Of a DNA stretch of 22,886 nucleotides, positions 1-7,945 are shown one piece after another. Location of the stretch: positions 1 to 22,886 of the forward strand of contig JAZGDW010000276.1 of assembly GCA_036478295.1 (NCBI GenBank). Direction: 5' to 3'. The position numbers were made by a program, and so were the translations under genes. The notes under the pieces were generated by a model. It searched no databases. It saw only the letters and a list, made by a program, of their open reading frames with translations, and had not been told where the DNA came from. Every line of letters begins with the position of its first letter. Positions within the stretch are counted from its first letter, which is position 1. The DNA is from Candidatus Krumholzibacteriia bacterium. GTDB taxonomy: Bacteria > Krumholzibacteriota > Krumholzibacteriia > WVZY01.

Positions 1-692
1 CTGGCCGCGGCTTCGCTGTTGTCGAGGTCCCGTTCCGGCGCCACGACTTCGAGCGGCTTGCCCATGACGTTGGCGCTGGTCAATCCGGGAAGGGACGGGT
101 CGAAGAACGACAGGCGCTCACCGTCGATGAACCGATCCGGTTCGAATACAGGCGTCCACGCGATGTCAAGATTCGCGAATGTCGTGTAAAACATGAGCTT
201 TATCGAGTTCGAGGGTGCTTTGAGGTACTCGTCGTCGCGACCGATGAAGAACGACACGAAGTCTTTGGGAAAGAGGTCGTTCAGGAAGACGAGATCTCCC
301 GTGCCCCAGGTGAGTACCTGGCGCCCTGCCCGGATGTCGAGCCAGCTACTGGTTCGCAAGGTGATGACGGCGCGGCGAACGTCGATGTCGGAGCCATCGG
401 AGACCAGGCCGTCGGACAGAAAATCTCCCCTGAAAATCAGATCCGAGCGGTCGCCGTAGTGTGCCAGGTCGAGGCGGAACCGCGCCTCGCTCAGCACGAG
501 CTGGTCCGGCTGGGTTGGATCGTCGCCCACCCGCGTGGCGGTCGCCCCCTCCACGAACCCGTGAATCTCCACTGGCAGATCACCCAGGTCCGATCCCTCG
601 TCCCAATCGTCGGAGGTTGTGTCCTGTGTCCATGCGGTGCTCGCCGCGGCCGTCAGGCCGGCGGCCAGCACGATAATCCTCAGAAGTTTCAC
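1..692 (-). CDS. Putative outer-membrane beta-barrel protein (DUF1302-like), 3' end runs off the window
   Basis: Not in the ORF track; translated by hand from GTG 692 (alternative in-frame GTG 707): MKLLRIIVLAAGLTAAASTAWTQD...EIHGFVEG...LDIRAGRQVLTWGTGDLVFLNDLFPKDFVSFFIGRDDEYLKAPS. Signal peptide plus amphipathic beta-strands; directly follows the LolA-like gene. Confidence 0.8.
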   Translation of the reverse strand, partial: MKLLRIIVLAAGLTAAASTAWTQDTTSDDWDEGSDLGDLPVEIHGFVEGATATRVGDDPTQPDQLVLSEARFRLDLAHYGDRSDLIFRGDFLSDGLVSDGSDIDVRRAVITLRTSSWLDIRAGRQVLTWGTGDLVFLNDLFPKDFVSFFIGRDDEYLKAPSNSIKLMFYTTFANLDIAWTPVFEPDRFIDGERLSFFDPSLPGLTSANVMGKPLEVVAPERDLDNSEAAA

Positions 693-711
693 GCTCAGGC
701 TTCGCACGGTT

Positions 712-1515
712 CTACTTACCCCGGAACCACTTTCGCGGCGGATTGCGCAATGTGCGCTCTGTGAACACGTCGAGGGGAATACCCAGATCGTATTCGACAT
801 TGCGAAACTCCGCCGTTGTGTGTCCGCCCGACGCAACGTCGCTGATCTTCATTATCGTTACCGTCTCGTGCCCTTGAAACTCGGCCGTTTCGATCACTTC
901 TATTCGCCGGTAGACCTCACCGCTGTCGTTACGATACTCCATTCTAACGGGAAGAAACGACTTCTTGTCGATCCAGACGGTCCACGACACGAATTCTACA
1001 GAGCCTGCGTTCTTCGGTGTGTTCTTCACCAGGTAATGACGGTCGGTGGTTTCGACCAACTCGTGGTGATCCTCCTCGATCGCACGCCCCGACACGTCTT
1101 CGTAGAGAAAGTGTGAACCGACGAAACTCGTGCGCTTGTCACCGGCGGCGATCCGCTTGACCAGGTCGAGCGCCGGCAGGTACAGCCATCGGTCGTCGTC
1201 TTTTCCAGGGCGCTTGTGGACCAAAAAAACCGTGTTGCGCACGTCGGCGGGCCGGCTGAAGAGCACCACGTAGTCCTGCTCGCCGCCGTCGCTGCGGTCA
1301 TGCCTCAAAATGACAAACTGACGGATCCGCTCGCGTCCCCGAGCGTCCGTGATCGTCAACCTCACCCGTGCGCGCCCGTCGTCGCCGGCATAATAGGAAG
1401 CCACATTGGTGCGTTCGACGATCTCTTCCACATCGGTTAGATCCTGACCGAGCGCGGGTGGCACCACGGTCAGCGTAAGCGATGCAAGAAGGATCAAACC
1501 CGCGATTCGTTGCAT
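712..1515 (-). CDS. Outer-membrane lipoprotein-sorting protein (LolA-like)
   Basis: Signal peptide; motifs PADVRNTVFL, DDDRWLYLPALDLVKRIA, SFVGSHFLYED typical of LolA-like proteins encoded next to MMPL transporters. Confidence 0.88.
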   Translation of the reverse strand: MQRIAGLILLASLTLTVVPPALGQDLTDVEEIVERTNVASYYAGDDGRARVRLTITDARGRERIRQFVILRHDRSDGGEQDYVVLFSRPADVRNTVFLVHKRPGKDDDRWLYLPALDLVKRIAAGDKRTSFVGSHFLYEDVSGRAIEEDHHELVETTDRHYLVKNTPKNAGSVEFVSWTVWIDKKSFLPVRMEYRNDSGEVYRRIEVIETAEFQGHETVTIMKISDVASGGHTTAEFRNVEYDLGIPLDVFTERTLRNPPRKWFRGK

Positions 1516-1519
1516 AACG

Positions 1520-4147
1520 TTACCCCTTCTCCTGGGCCATGGTGTCGCCGGCGCTGCCGTTCGCGGCGGACATCCCGCTTGAAGTCACGCGCGCGAGCCA
1601 GCGGCGACCGAAAACGTTCATCACGCCAGGAAGCAAGACCAGGGTGACGGCACACGACACCATCATGATGAGCGATAGAAAAACGCCCACCGTGTTGTAG
1701 GGCACGAGAGGCGAAGCCAGCAGTGGCAGGAATCCAATGGCGATGACGATGGCGTTACGAGATATTGCCCGCGCCGGTGCGGAGAACATCCGGCGGATGG
1801 TCTCCGGCCAGCTGCCGGTTTCTTTCAGAATCACACGGATTCGCTGCAGATAGTGAATGGCAAAATCGATCGACAATCCCAGGGTCAACGAGCTCAGCAC
1901 CGCCACCGGCATGTCGTAGTCTTTTCCCACCAGCCCGATGAGTCCGTAGATAAACGTGATCGTTACCGTCAGGGGCAACATGGCCAGAAGTCCGAACCAG
2001 AGTGAACGGAAGAGAATCAGCATCATGACAAACACGATGACAAAACTCCCCAGCAAGGCCTTGAGCATCCCGCGCACCATCGCGTCTTGCCAGACAACGT
2101 TCAGGTAGGTCATTCCGGCCCAGCCTACTGTCACGCCTTCCGGTGGCGGATGCGCGGCCAGGTAGCGATCAACGTGTTCAACCACCGCGACCATGTCCTG
2201 GTTGTCGCCGCTCTTTAGCTGCATCCAGATATTGGCCCGACGGAGGTCCGGCGTGAGAAAATGCCACAGATCATCCGGCCTATGCGACGACTGGTAGGTA
2301 AGGAGCGTCTGGGCCACGGCCTCAGGCGTCCGTGGGACGGAGTAATACGCCTCGTCGCCTTCTCGCAGCTCGCGGTGAACGGTCTTTACGATGTCCACCA
2401 CCGACGTGGACTTTCCGACCAGGTCGATCTGTGCCATCGCCGTTTGCAACCCTTCGACGAACTCCAGCGCTTGCGGCGTCTGAAAATACTTGTATCGGGT
2501 CTGCGCCTCTTCAATAGAGGCAAGGACGGCCTCCCACACGAGGACTTCGTCGTCGAGTGGCTCCTCGTCGATCGTTGCCAACACCGCGTCCACCAGGTCA
2601 TCGAGGTGCTTTCCCAGCGGGGCTGCCGCAGCTGCGCTGTGCAATTCATTCCACTGCCTGGCCAGGGCGCCCTCATCCCCCTCTGCACGGACCAGCAATG
2701 ACGCGACTTCACGGCGCAGGGCTTCGTGATCATCGGGCCTCTCTGGTTTCTCGAGCACGAGGAACGACTCGTACGTGCCGCTGAAATGGCGGTTGAGCAC
2801 GCGGTCGGCGACGCGGATCCGGTGGTCCGGGCGAAACCAGCGCACCGGGTTATCGTTGATCTCGATACCGGCGATCCCCACCGCACTCACGACCAGAACG
2901 ACGACAGTAGCTACAATGATGAGCCTCGATCCGGCAATCGTGCGCGGACCGAGCCCGTGGAGTAACCCTGCCAGGACGCCGCGGTCCTGCTGGCCGGCGC
3001 CCCTCCGGGACAGCTTCGATATGCGTTTGTCGCTCAAACGAACGATGTAGGCGGGAATGAAGGTGACCGTCAAGACGAAGGCGATGGTGATTCCTATGGC
3101 GACAAAAACGCCAAAGACGCGAACCGGAGGAATGGGCGCAAACGCCAGCGAGGCAAAACCCGCCGCCGACGTCAGCGAGGTGTAGAGCATGGGTGTGAAC
3201 AAGTCCCCCATTACCATCCGGATCGTTTTCTTGCGGTCACCGACCTGCGGATAGCGGTCAGCGAACTCGCTGAGGATGTGCACGGAGTCGACAACTGCAA
3301 TGGGCATGAGGAATATGGGGATCATGGAACTCATGATATGAACGGTGAATCCCGTCCCTATGAGCAAGCCCATGGTCGAAGCGACGGTCATGATGGCGAC
3401 AATCATGGGTGACAGGATCAAGGCGACACTGCGAAAGAAGACCCACAAGAGCAAAAAAATGATCAGGCCCGCCAGCGGGGCCGCCATACCCATCTGCCGG
3501 AACATCTCGAAACCAAAGGTGTCCTCGGCAACGGGCAGGCCTGTAATGAAGTACTTCTCGTCCCCTTCGTACCTGGCGACGATCTCTTCGATGGCCGCGG
3601 CGACACGGTGACTCTGGTTCTTATCGGTAAGCGGGACATAAATGCCGGCGGCGACACCGTCTTCACTGACAACGGTCCCCTGCACCGTGGGCAGCCGCCG
3701 TGCCGCAGCCCCGATGGCCTGGGCGTCCTCGCGCGATGCGGGAGGATCGGCCATCATCCACTCGAAGCGAACGACACCCGGTCCCCCCTGTGAAATGTTG
3801 TCGACAGTCGCCAGCGACAGGACGTCCTGCCGGACAACGCCGTCGATCTGCAGGATTTCGTCCGTTAGCTCGTGAACCCGCGCCAGTGTGGCCGGATTGA
3901 ACACGCCGTCCGGATCCGTGTCGTTGACCACGCCGACAACGAGCAGGTCGTGAAGGTCGAAATCCTTCTTTACCAGATCGTGGAAAACCCGGTCCTGCTG
4001 GTCCGCGGGCAGCATGTTCTCGGGATCCGTATCGATGACGATCCTGGGCAGCAAGCTCGTCAGCCCCAACGCCACAACCACCGCGGTCCACATGACCGTG
4101 CGGGGAAATCTCAGTGAAATATCTATCAGTCTGCCGTGAATTGTCAT
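1520..4147 (-). CDS. MMPL/RND-superfamily transporter
   Basis: 875 aa with two repeats of TM, periplasmic domain, then 5 TM; motifs IAVVDSVHIL, LYTSLTSAAGF, LGLSIDFAIHY. Confidence 0.93.
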   Translation of the reverse strand: MTIHGRLIDISLRFPRTVMWTAVVVALGLTSLLPRIVIDTDPENMLPADQQDRVFHDLVKKDFDLHDLLVVGVVNDTDPDGVFNPATLARVHELTDEILQIDGVVRQDVLSLATVDNISQGGPGVVRFEWMMADPPASREDAQAIGAAARRLPTVQGTVVSEDGVAAGIYVPLTDKNQSHRVAAAIEEIVARYEGDEKYFITGLPVAEDTFGFEMFRQMGMAAPLAGLIIFLLLWVFFRSVALILSPMIVAIMTVASTMGLLIGTGFTVHIMSSMIPIFLMPIAVVDSVHILSEFADRYPQVGDRKKTIRMVMGDLFTPMLYTSLTSAAGFASLAFAPIPPVRVFGVFVAIGITIAFVLTVTFIPAYIVRLSDKRISKLSRRGAGQQDRGVLAGLLHGLGPRTIAGSRLIIVATVVVLVVSAVGIAGIEINDNPVRWFRPDHRIRVADRVLNRHFSGTYESFLVLEKPERPDDHEALRREVASLLVRAEGDEGALARQWNELHSAAAAAPLGKHLDDLVDAVLATIDEEPLDDEVLVWEAVLASIEEAQTRYKYFQTPQALEFVEGLQTAMAQIDLVGKSTSVVDIVKTVHRELREGDEAYYSVPRTPEAVAQTLLTYQSSHRPDDLWHFLTPDLRRANIWMQLKSGDNQDMVAVVEHVDRYLAAHPPPEGVTVGWAGMTYLNVVWQDAMVRGMLKALLGSFVIVFVMMLILFRSLWFGLLAMLPLTVTITFIYGLIGLVGKDYDMPVAVLSSLTLGLSIDFAIHYLQRIRVILKETGSWPETIRRMFSAPARAISRNAIVIAIGFLPLLASPLVPYNTVGVFLSLIMMVSCAVTLVLLPGVMNVFGRRWLARVTSSGMSAANGSAGDTMAQEKG

Positions 4148-4201
4148 CGACCCGGCCTCGGGTGGGTGTTTTTCCGGTTGACATTCAGGGTCAACGTGGA
4201 T

Positions 4202-4230
4202 ATTATATTGCTATATGGGGATATTGTCAA
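4202..4230 (-). promoter_or_regulatory. sigma70 promoter of the MMPL operon
   Basis: Minus strand reads TTGACA-ATATCCCCATATAGCAA(17)-TATAAT, a perfect consensus ~55 bp upstream of the MMPL start. Confidence 0.85.
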
Positions 4231-4257
4231 GCAGCAATATGTATATATTTTCATATT
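4205..4257. promoter_or_regulatory. Putative ArsR operator palindromes
   Basis: ATATTGCT(4205-12)/AGCAATAT(4233-40) inverted pair and AATATG-N10-CATATT (4236-57) in an AT-rich patch overlapping the promoter. Confidence 0.55.
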
Positions 4258-4271
4258 TCTGTGCCCTCATA

Positions 4272-4300
4272 TTGCGTCAAAAGATAACTTGAATTATAAT
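4272..4300 (+). promoter_or_regulatory. sigma70 promoter of the ArsR gene
   Basis: TTGCGT-17 bp-TATAAT upstream of 4418. Confidence 0.6.
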
Positions 4301-4320
4301 AAGGTAACTTAAATTATAAT
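4281..4320 (+). repeat. 20-bp tandem duplication
   Basis: AAGATAACTTGAATTATAAT / AAGGTAACTTAAATTATAAT, 18/20 identical. Confidence 0.85.
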
Positions 4321-4417
4321 AATGAAGTAGCGTGACCCGAAGAGCCGGATCGCTCGAGTCCGTGGATACGGGACCCGCCCCCCCAGCTGCGAGCCTGCCG
4401 CGAGAGGAGGACCTGCC

Positions 4418-4747
4418 ATGGTGCCCAACAAGCACATGACCGAAGATGCGTTTGCAGCGATCGCACAGCGATTTCGGGTGCTGAGCGACCCGGTGCGCCT
4501 GAAGATCCTTTACCACCTGGGCGCAGAAGAACTGTCGGTGACCGAGCTCGTGAAACGAACCGCGGGCACCCAATCCAACATTTCCAAGCATCTTTCCGTA
4601 CTGCTGACGCACGGTCTTGTTCACCGCCGCCGCGAGGGAACGTCTGCGTTCTACTCGATCAGCGACATGTCAATCTTCGACCTCTGTGACCAGGTTTGCG
4701 GGGGTATCGACCGCGATCTGGCGAACCGGCGCAAGGCGTTTCGCTGA
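4418..4747 (+). CDS. ArsR/SmtB-family transcriptional regulator
   Basis: FRVLSDPVRLKIL, wHTH SVTELV..TQSNISKHL, RREGTSAFY; GAGGAGG RBS; C-terminal LCDQVC. Confidence 0.93.
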   Translation: MVPNKHMTEDAFAAIAQRFRVLSDPVRLKILYHLGAEELSVTELVKRTAGTQSNISKHLSVLLTHGLVHRRREGTSAFYSISDMSIFDLCDQVCGGIDRDLANRRKAFR

Positions 4748-4768
4748 TCGAGTTTTCATAATCGCACC

Positions 4769-6916
4769 CTACGGCGTGTTCGTTAGCTGCTCGGTGTACC
4801 CGACCAGGTCCAGCAAGAACGCGTACTGAAACGCCGTGTCCTTGTACCGCTTGTATCGCCCCGACGCACCGCTGTGCCCCGCATCCATATTGGTCTTGAT
4901 CAATAAACGGTTGTCGTCCGTCTTCGTCGCCCGCAGTTTGGCCACCCACTTGGCCGGCTCGAAGTACTGCACCTGCGAGTCGTAGAGCCCCGTAGTGACC
5001 AGGAGGTTGGGGTAGTTCTTGGGTTCGACGTTGTCGTAGGGCGAGTAAGACAGGATGTAGTCGTAGTACTCCTTCTCGTTTGGATTTCCCCACTCGTCGT
5101 ATTCACCGGTGGTCAGCGGGATGGTCTCATCCAGCATCGTGGTTACGACGTCCACGAACGGTACGCGCGTTACAATGCCTTTGAAAAGCTCGGGGCGCAT
5201 GTTGATGATCGCCCCCATCAATAACCCGCCCGCACTGCCGCCCATCGCGAACAGTTTGTCGCTGGTGGTGTATTTCTCCTTTATCAAGTGCTCCGCGCAC
5301 GCAATAAAATCAGTGAATGTGTTCTTTTTCTTCAAGAGTTTGCCGTTCTCGTACCAGTCGCGGCCGAGATCCTCGCCGCCTCGGATGTGGGCGATAGCGT
5401 AGACGAATCCGCGGTCCAGAAGACTAAGGCGAGATGCGCTGAACGACGCGTCCAGGCTGTAACCGTACGAACCGTACCCGTAGAGCACCATAGGGTTTTG
5501 CCCGTCCCTGCGCACGCCCTTGCGATACACGAGTGAAATCGGCACCTTCAGACCGTCACCGGCGGGTGCATAGAGACGCTCGGTCTTGTAGTTCTTGGCA
5601 TCGAATCCGCCCAGGATTTCATCCTGCTTCATCAAGATTCTCTCGCGGGTAACCATGTTGTAGTCGAACGTGGACCGGGGCGTCGTCATCGACGTATACA
5701 CAAAACGCAGGACGTCCGTCTTGAAGTCCGGATTCGTACTTATATAAGCGAGATAGGTTGGCTCGCCGAAATCGAGATAGTGTTCCTTCTTGCCCGACCA
5801 GGGCCGAACCCGTAGCTGGATGAGACCGTTTTTTCGTTCCTCCAAAACGAGGTGATCCTCGAAGATCTCGAATCCCTCCAACAAGACGTCTTCGCGGTGC
5901 GGAATAACGTCGTGCCAGTGCTTCTTATCCGTCTCCGCCACGGAAGTCTCCATCAGGCGAAAGTTCTTCGCCTTGTAATTGGTGCGGATGTAAAACTTGT
6001 CCTCGTAATGGTCGATCGAGTACTCGTGGTCCCTCTCACGCGGCAGAAACACTTTGAAAGAACCTTCGGGATCGTTCGCCTCGAGGTAACGGAACTCGCT
6101 GCTCAACGTCTGGAAAGACCCTATCAAAACGTACTTCTTGGACTTCGTCCTCCACACGTAACAACCGAAGGTGTCATCCTTTTCCTCATAAACAAGTTTG
6201 TCTCGCGCAATGTCCGTACCCAGCACGTGCCGGTAGATCCGGTATGATCGCAGGGTCGCCGGATCTTGCTTGGCGTAGAAGACGGTTTTGTTGTCATTGG
6301 CCCACGCCATACCTCCGGTGACTTCCGGGATGACATCCTCGAGCATGTCGCCTGTGTCGAGATTCTTGAACTTGATCGTATAAATGCGGCGGCCCTGCGT
6401 GTCCTCGGCATACGCGAGAATATCCTGGCCGAAGCTTACAGTGCGCCGGCGCACCGCGAAGTACTCGTGACCTTCCGCCAGGACGTTGACGTCGAGCATG
6501 ATCTCTTCGCTGCCCTCCAACGTGCCCTTCTTTCGGCAATAAATCGGGTATTCCTTACCATCCTCGTACCGGGTGTAGTAGAAATAGTCGTCCAGCTTGT
6601 ACGGAACCGATTCGTCCGTTTGCTTTATACGCCCCTTGATTTCCTCGAAGAGCTTCTCTTGCAGCTTTTCCGTATGGGCCATCATCGCCTTCGTGTACTC
6701 ATTCTCGGCCTTTAAATACGCGATTACCTCGGGGTTCTCGCGCTCGTTCAGCCAGTAGTAGTTATCGACTCGGACATGGCCGTGCTTTTCCAGTTTCTTG
6801 GGAACGATTCGTGCCATCGGAGCTTGCACCCCCTCAACCGTATCCTCCGCTGCAACGGGATTGAAACAAATCGACGCGCTTAACAATGCCACTGGAAGGG
6901 TTCTGCTGAAACGCAT
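4769..6916 (-). CDS. ptrB: Oligopeptidase B (protease II, peptidase S9A) with N-terminal signal peptide
   Basis: DNYYWL, catalytic GGSAGG, DSQVQYFEPAKWVAKLR, AGHSGASGR. Start reassigned to ATG 6916 (MRFSRTL) after GGAGG. Confidence 0.95.
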   Translation of the reverse strand: MRFSRTLPVALLSASICFNPVAAEDTVEGVQAPMARIVPKKLEKHGHVRVDNYYWLNERENPEVIAYLKAENEYTKAMMAHTEKLQEKLFEEIKGRIKQTDESVPYKLDDYFYYTRYEDGKEYPIYCRKKGTLEGSEEIMLDVNVLAEGHEYFAVRRRTVSFGQDILAYAEDTQGRRIYTIKFKNLDTGDMLEDVIPEVTGGMAWANDNKTVFYAKQDPATLRSYRIYRHVLGTDIARDKLVYEEKDDTFGCYVWRTKSKKYVLIGSFQTLSSEFRYLEANDPEGSFKVFLPRERDHEYSIDHYEDKFYIRTNYKAKNFRLMETSVAETDKKHWHDVIPHREDVLLEGFEIFEDHLVLEERKNGLIQLRVRPWSGKKEHYLDFGEPTYLAYISTNPDFKTDVLRFVYTSMTTPRSTFDYNMVTRERILMKQDEILGGFDAKNYKTERLYAPAGDGLKVPISLVYRKGVRRDGQNPMVLYGYGSYGYSLDASFSASRLSLLDRGFVYAIAHIRGGEDLGRDWYENGKLLKKKNTFTDFIACAEHLIKEKYTTSDKLFAMGGSAGGLLMGAIINMRPELFKGIVTRVPFVDVVTTMLDETIPLTTGEYDEWGNPNEKEYYDYILSYSPYDNVEPKNYPNLLVTTGLYDSQVQYFEPAKWVAKLRATKTDDNRLLIKTNMDAGHSGASGRYKRYKDTAFQYAFLLDLVGYTEQLTNTP

Positions 6917-6997
6917 AATCGGTGCCTCCGCTTTATTGATAGTCTGGTTTCCTGTAGGCGACGAATGATACATGATAGTAGAACATGGGCGGCTGGT

Positions 6998-7927
6998 CTA
7001 GTGAAAGTAGACCATGGCGAGTGAGTACGTGGTCCCGGTCACCGTGTCCTTTCCCGCCAGGGTGTGGAATGCCTCTGCGCTAAGCGATACCCGTTCGTTC
7101 ATCGCCACACTCGTTTCCACGCTCAGCTTGAATATATCTTGATCGCCTACGATGATCTGGTTCAGCACGCCGCCCGGAAACGGCGTTATGATAGTCGCTC
7201 CCGCGATATCGGGCGGGTCCTTCGTGTTCTGCAGCCCGTCGAACCGGACCTTCATAAACAACCGTGCAGCCCGGTACCCCGCCTCAACATTGTACATCAC
7301 CTCGTCATGGAGTTCCCCACCCCGACGGCGATATCCGCCGCCGACACTGAAGTACGCGTGCGGGGGGAAGAAACTCCAACCGGCGTTCACCTGAACTCCG
7401 CCTTCCACCCTGCCGGTACCGGGGGGCGGACCGTCGTTTTCAGGCCGCCGGTCGTAGCCGAGGGGCACTTTGACGCCCGCCTGCAGCGCGACGGCAATCG
7501 GCCGGCGCAGCAGCGGTGTCCGCACCAGCAGCGCCGTGTCGCCGAAACCGGTGTTCCTGCGGGTGACGCGCTGCGGCGTGGCGCCGGGCAGGGGCGTCAG
7601 CGTTTCTTTGGTAGCGGTTATCACGAACGCCAGCTTGGAAACCAGAGTCAGGTTATCGAAGATACCATACTCGACGTATTCGGTAACGGCAACGTTATGG
7701 AAAGAGGTACTCGTACGGGTCGCGTCCTCGGCGAATATCTCCTGTCGCTCACCTCTGAAGTCGAACTCATCTTCGGTGTAGAGCGCGCTTACCGCAGTCT
7801 TGAGATAGACGCTACCCTTCGGTTGCACCCACGCCTGCGCCGTCGCTTCTTTCCCGATGAGCGTCACTAGCGCCAGCGCAGAAAAGGCCACCCATAGCCT
7901 AGTGCCCCGCACAGCAACCACCCACAC
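6998..7927 (-). CDS. Hypothetical exported protein, probable outer-membrane beta-barrel
   Basis: Signal peptide ending AQA-W; EYVEYGI, GFGD, GVKVPLGY; alternating beta-strands; aromatic C-terminus (MVYFH). Confidence 0.7.
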   Translation of the reverse strand: MWVVAVRGTRLWVAFSALALVTLIGKEATAQAWVQPKGSVYLKTAVSALYTEDEFDFRGERQEIFAEDATRTSTSFHNVAVTEYVEYGIFDNLTLVSKLAFVITATKETLTPLPGATPQRVTRRNTGFGDTALLVRTPLLRRPIAVALQAGVKVPLGYDRRPENDGPPPGTGRVEGGVQVNAGWSFFPPHAYFSVGGGYRRRGGELHDEVMYNVEAGYRAARLFMKVRFDGLQNTKDPPDIAGATIITPFPGGVLNQIIVGDQDIFKLSVETSVAMNERVSLSAEAFHTLAGKDTVTGTTYSLAMVYFH

Positions 7928-7945
7928 GTTTGCAGGACCGGTCTC

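Noticed and set aside
4281..4320. CRISPR-like repeats
   Set aside because: Only two adjacent copies, no spacers and no cas genes.
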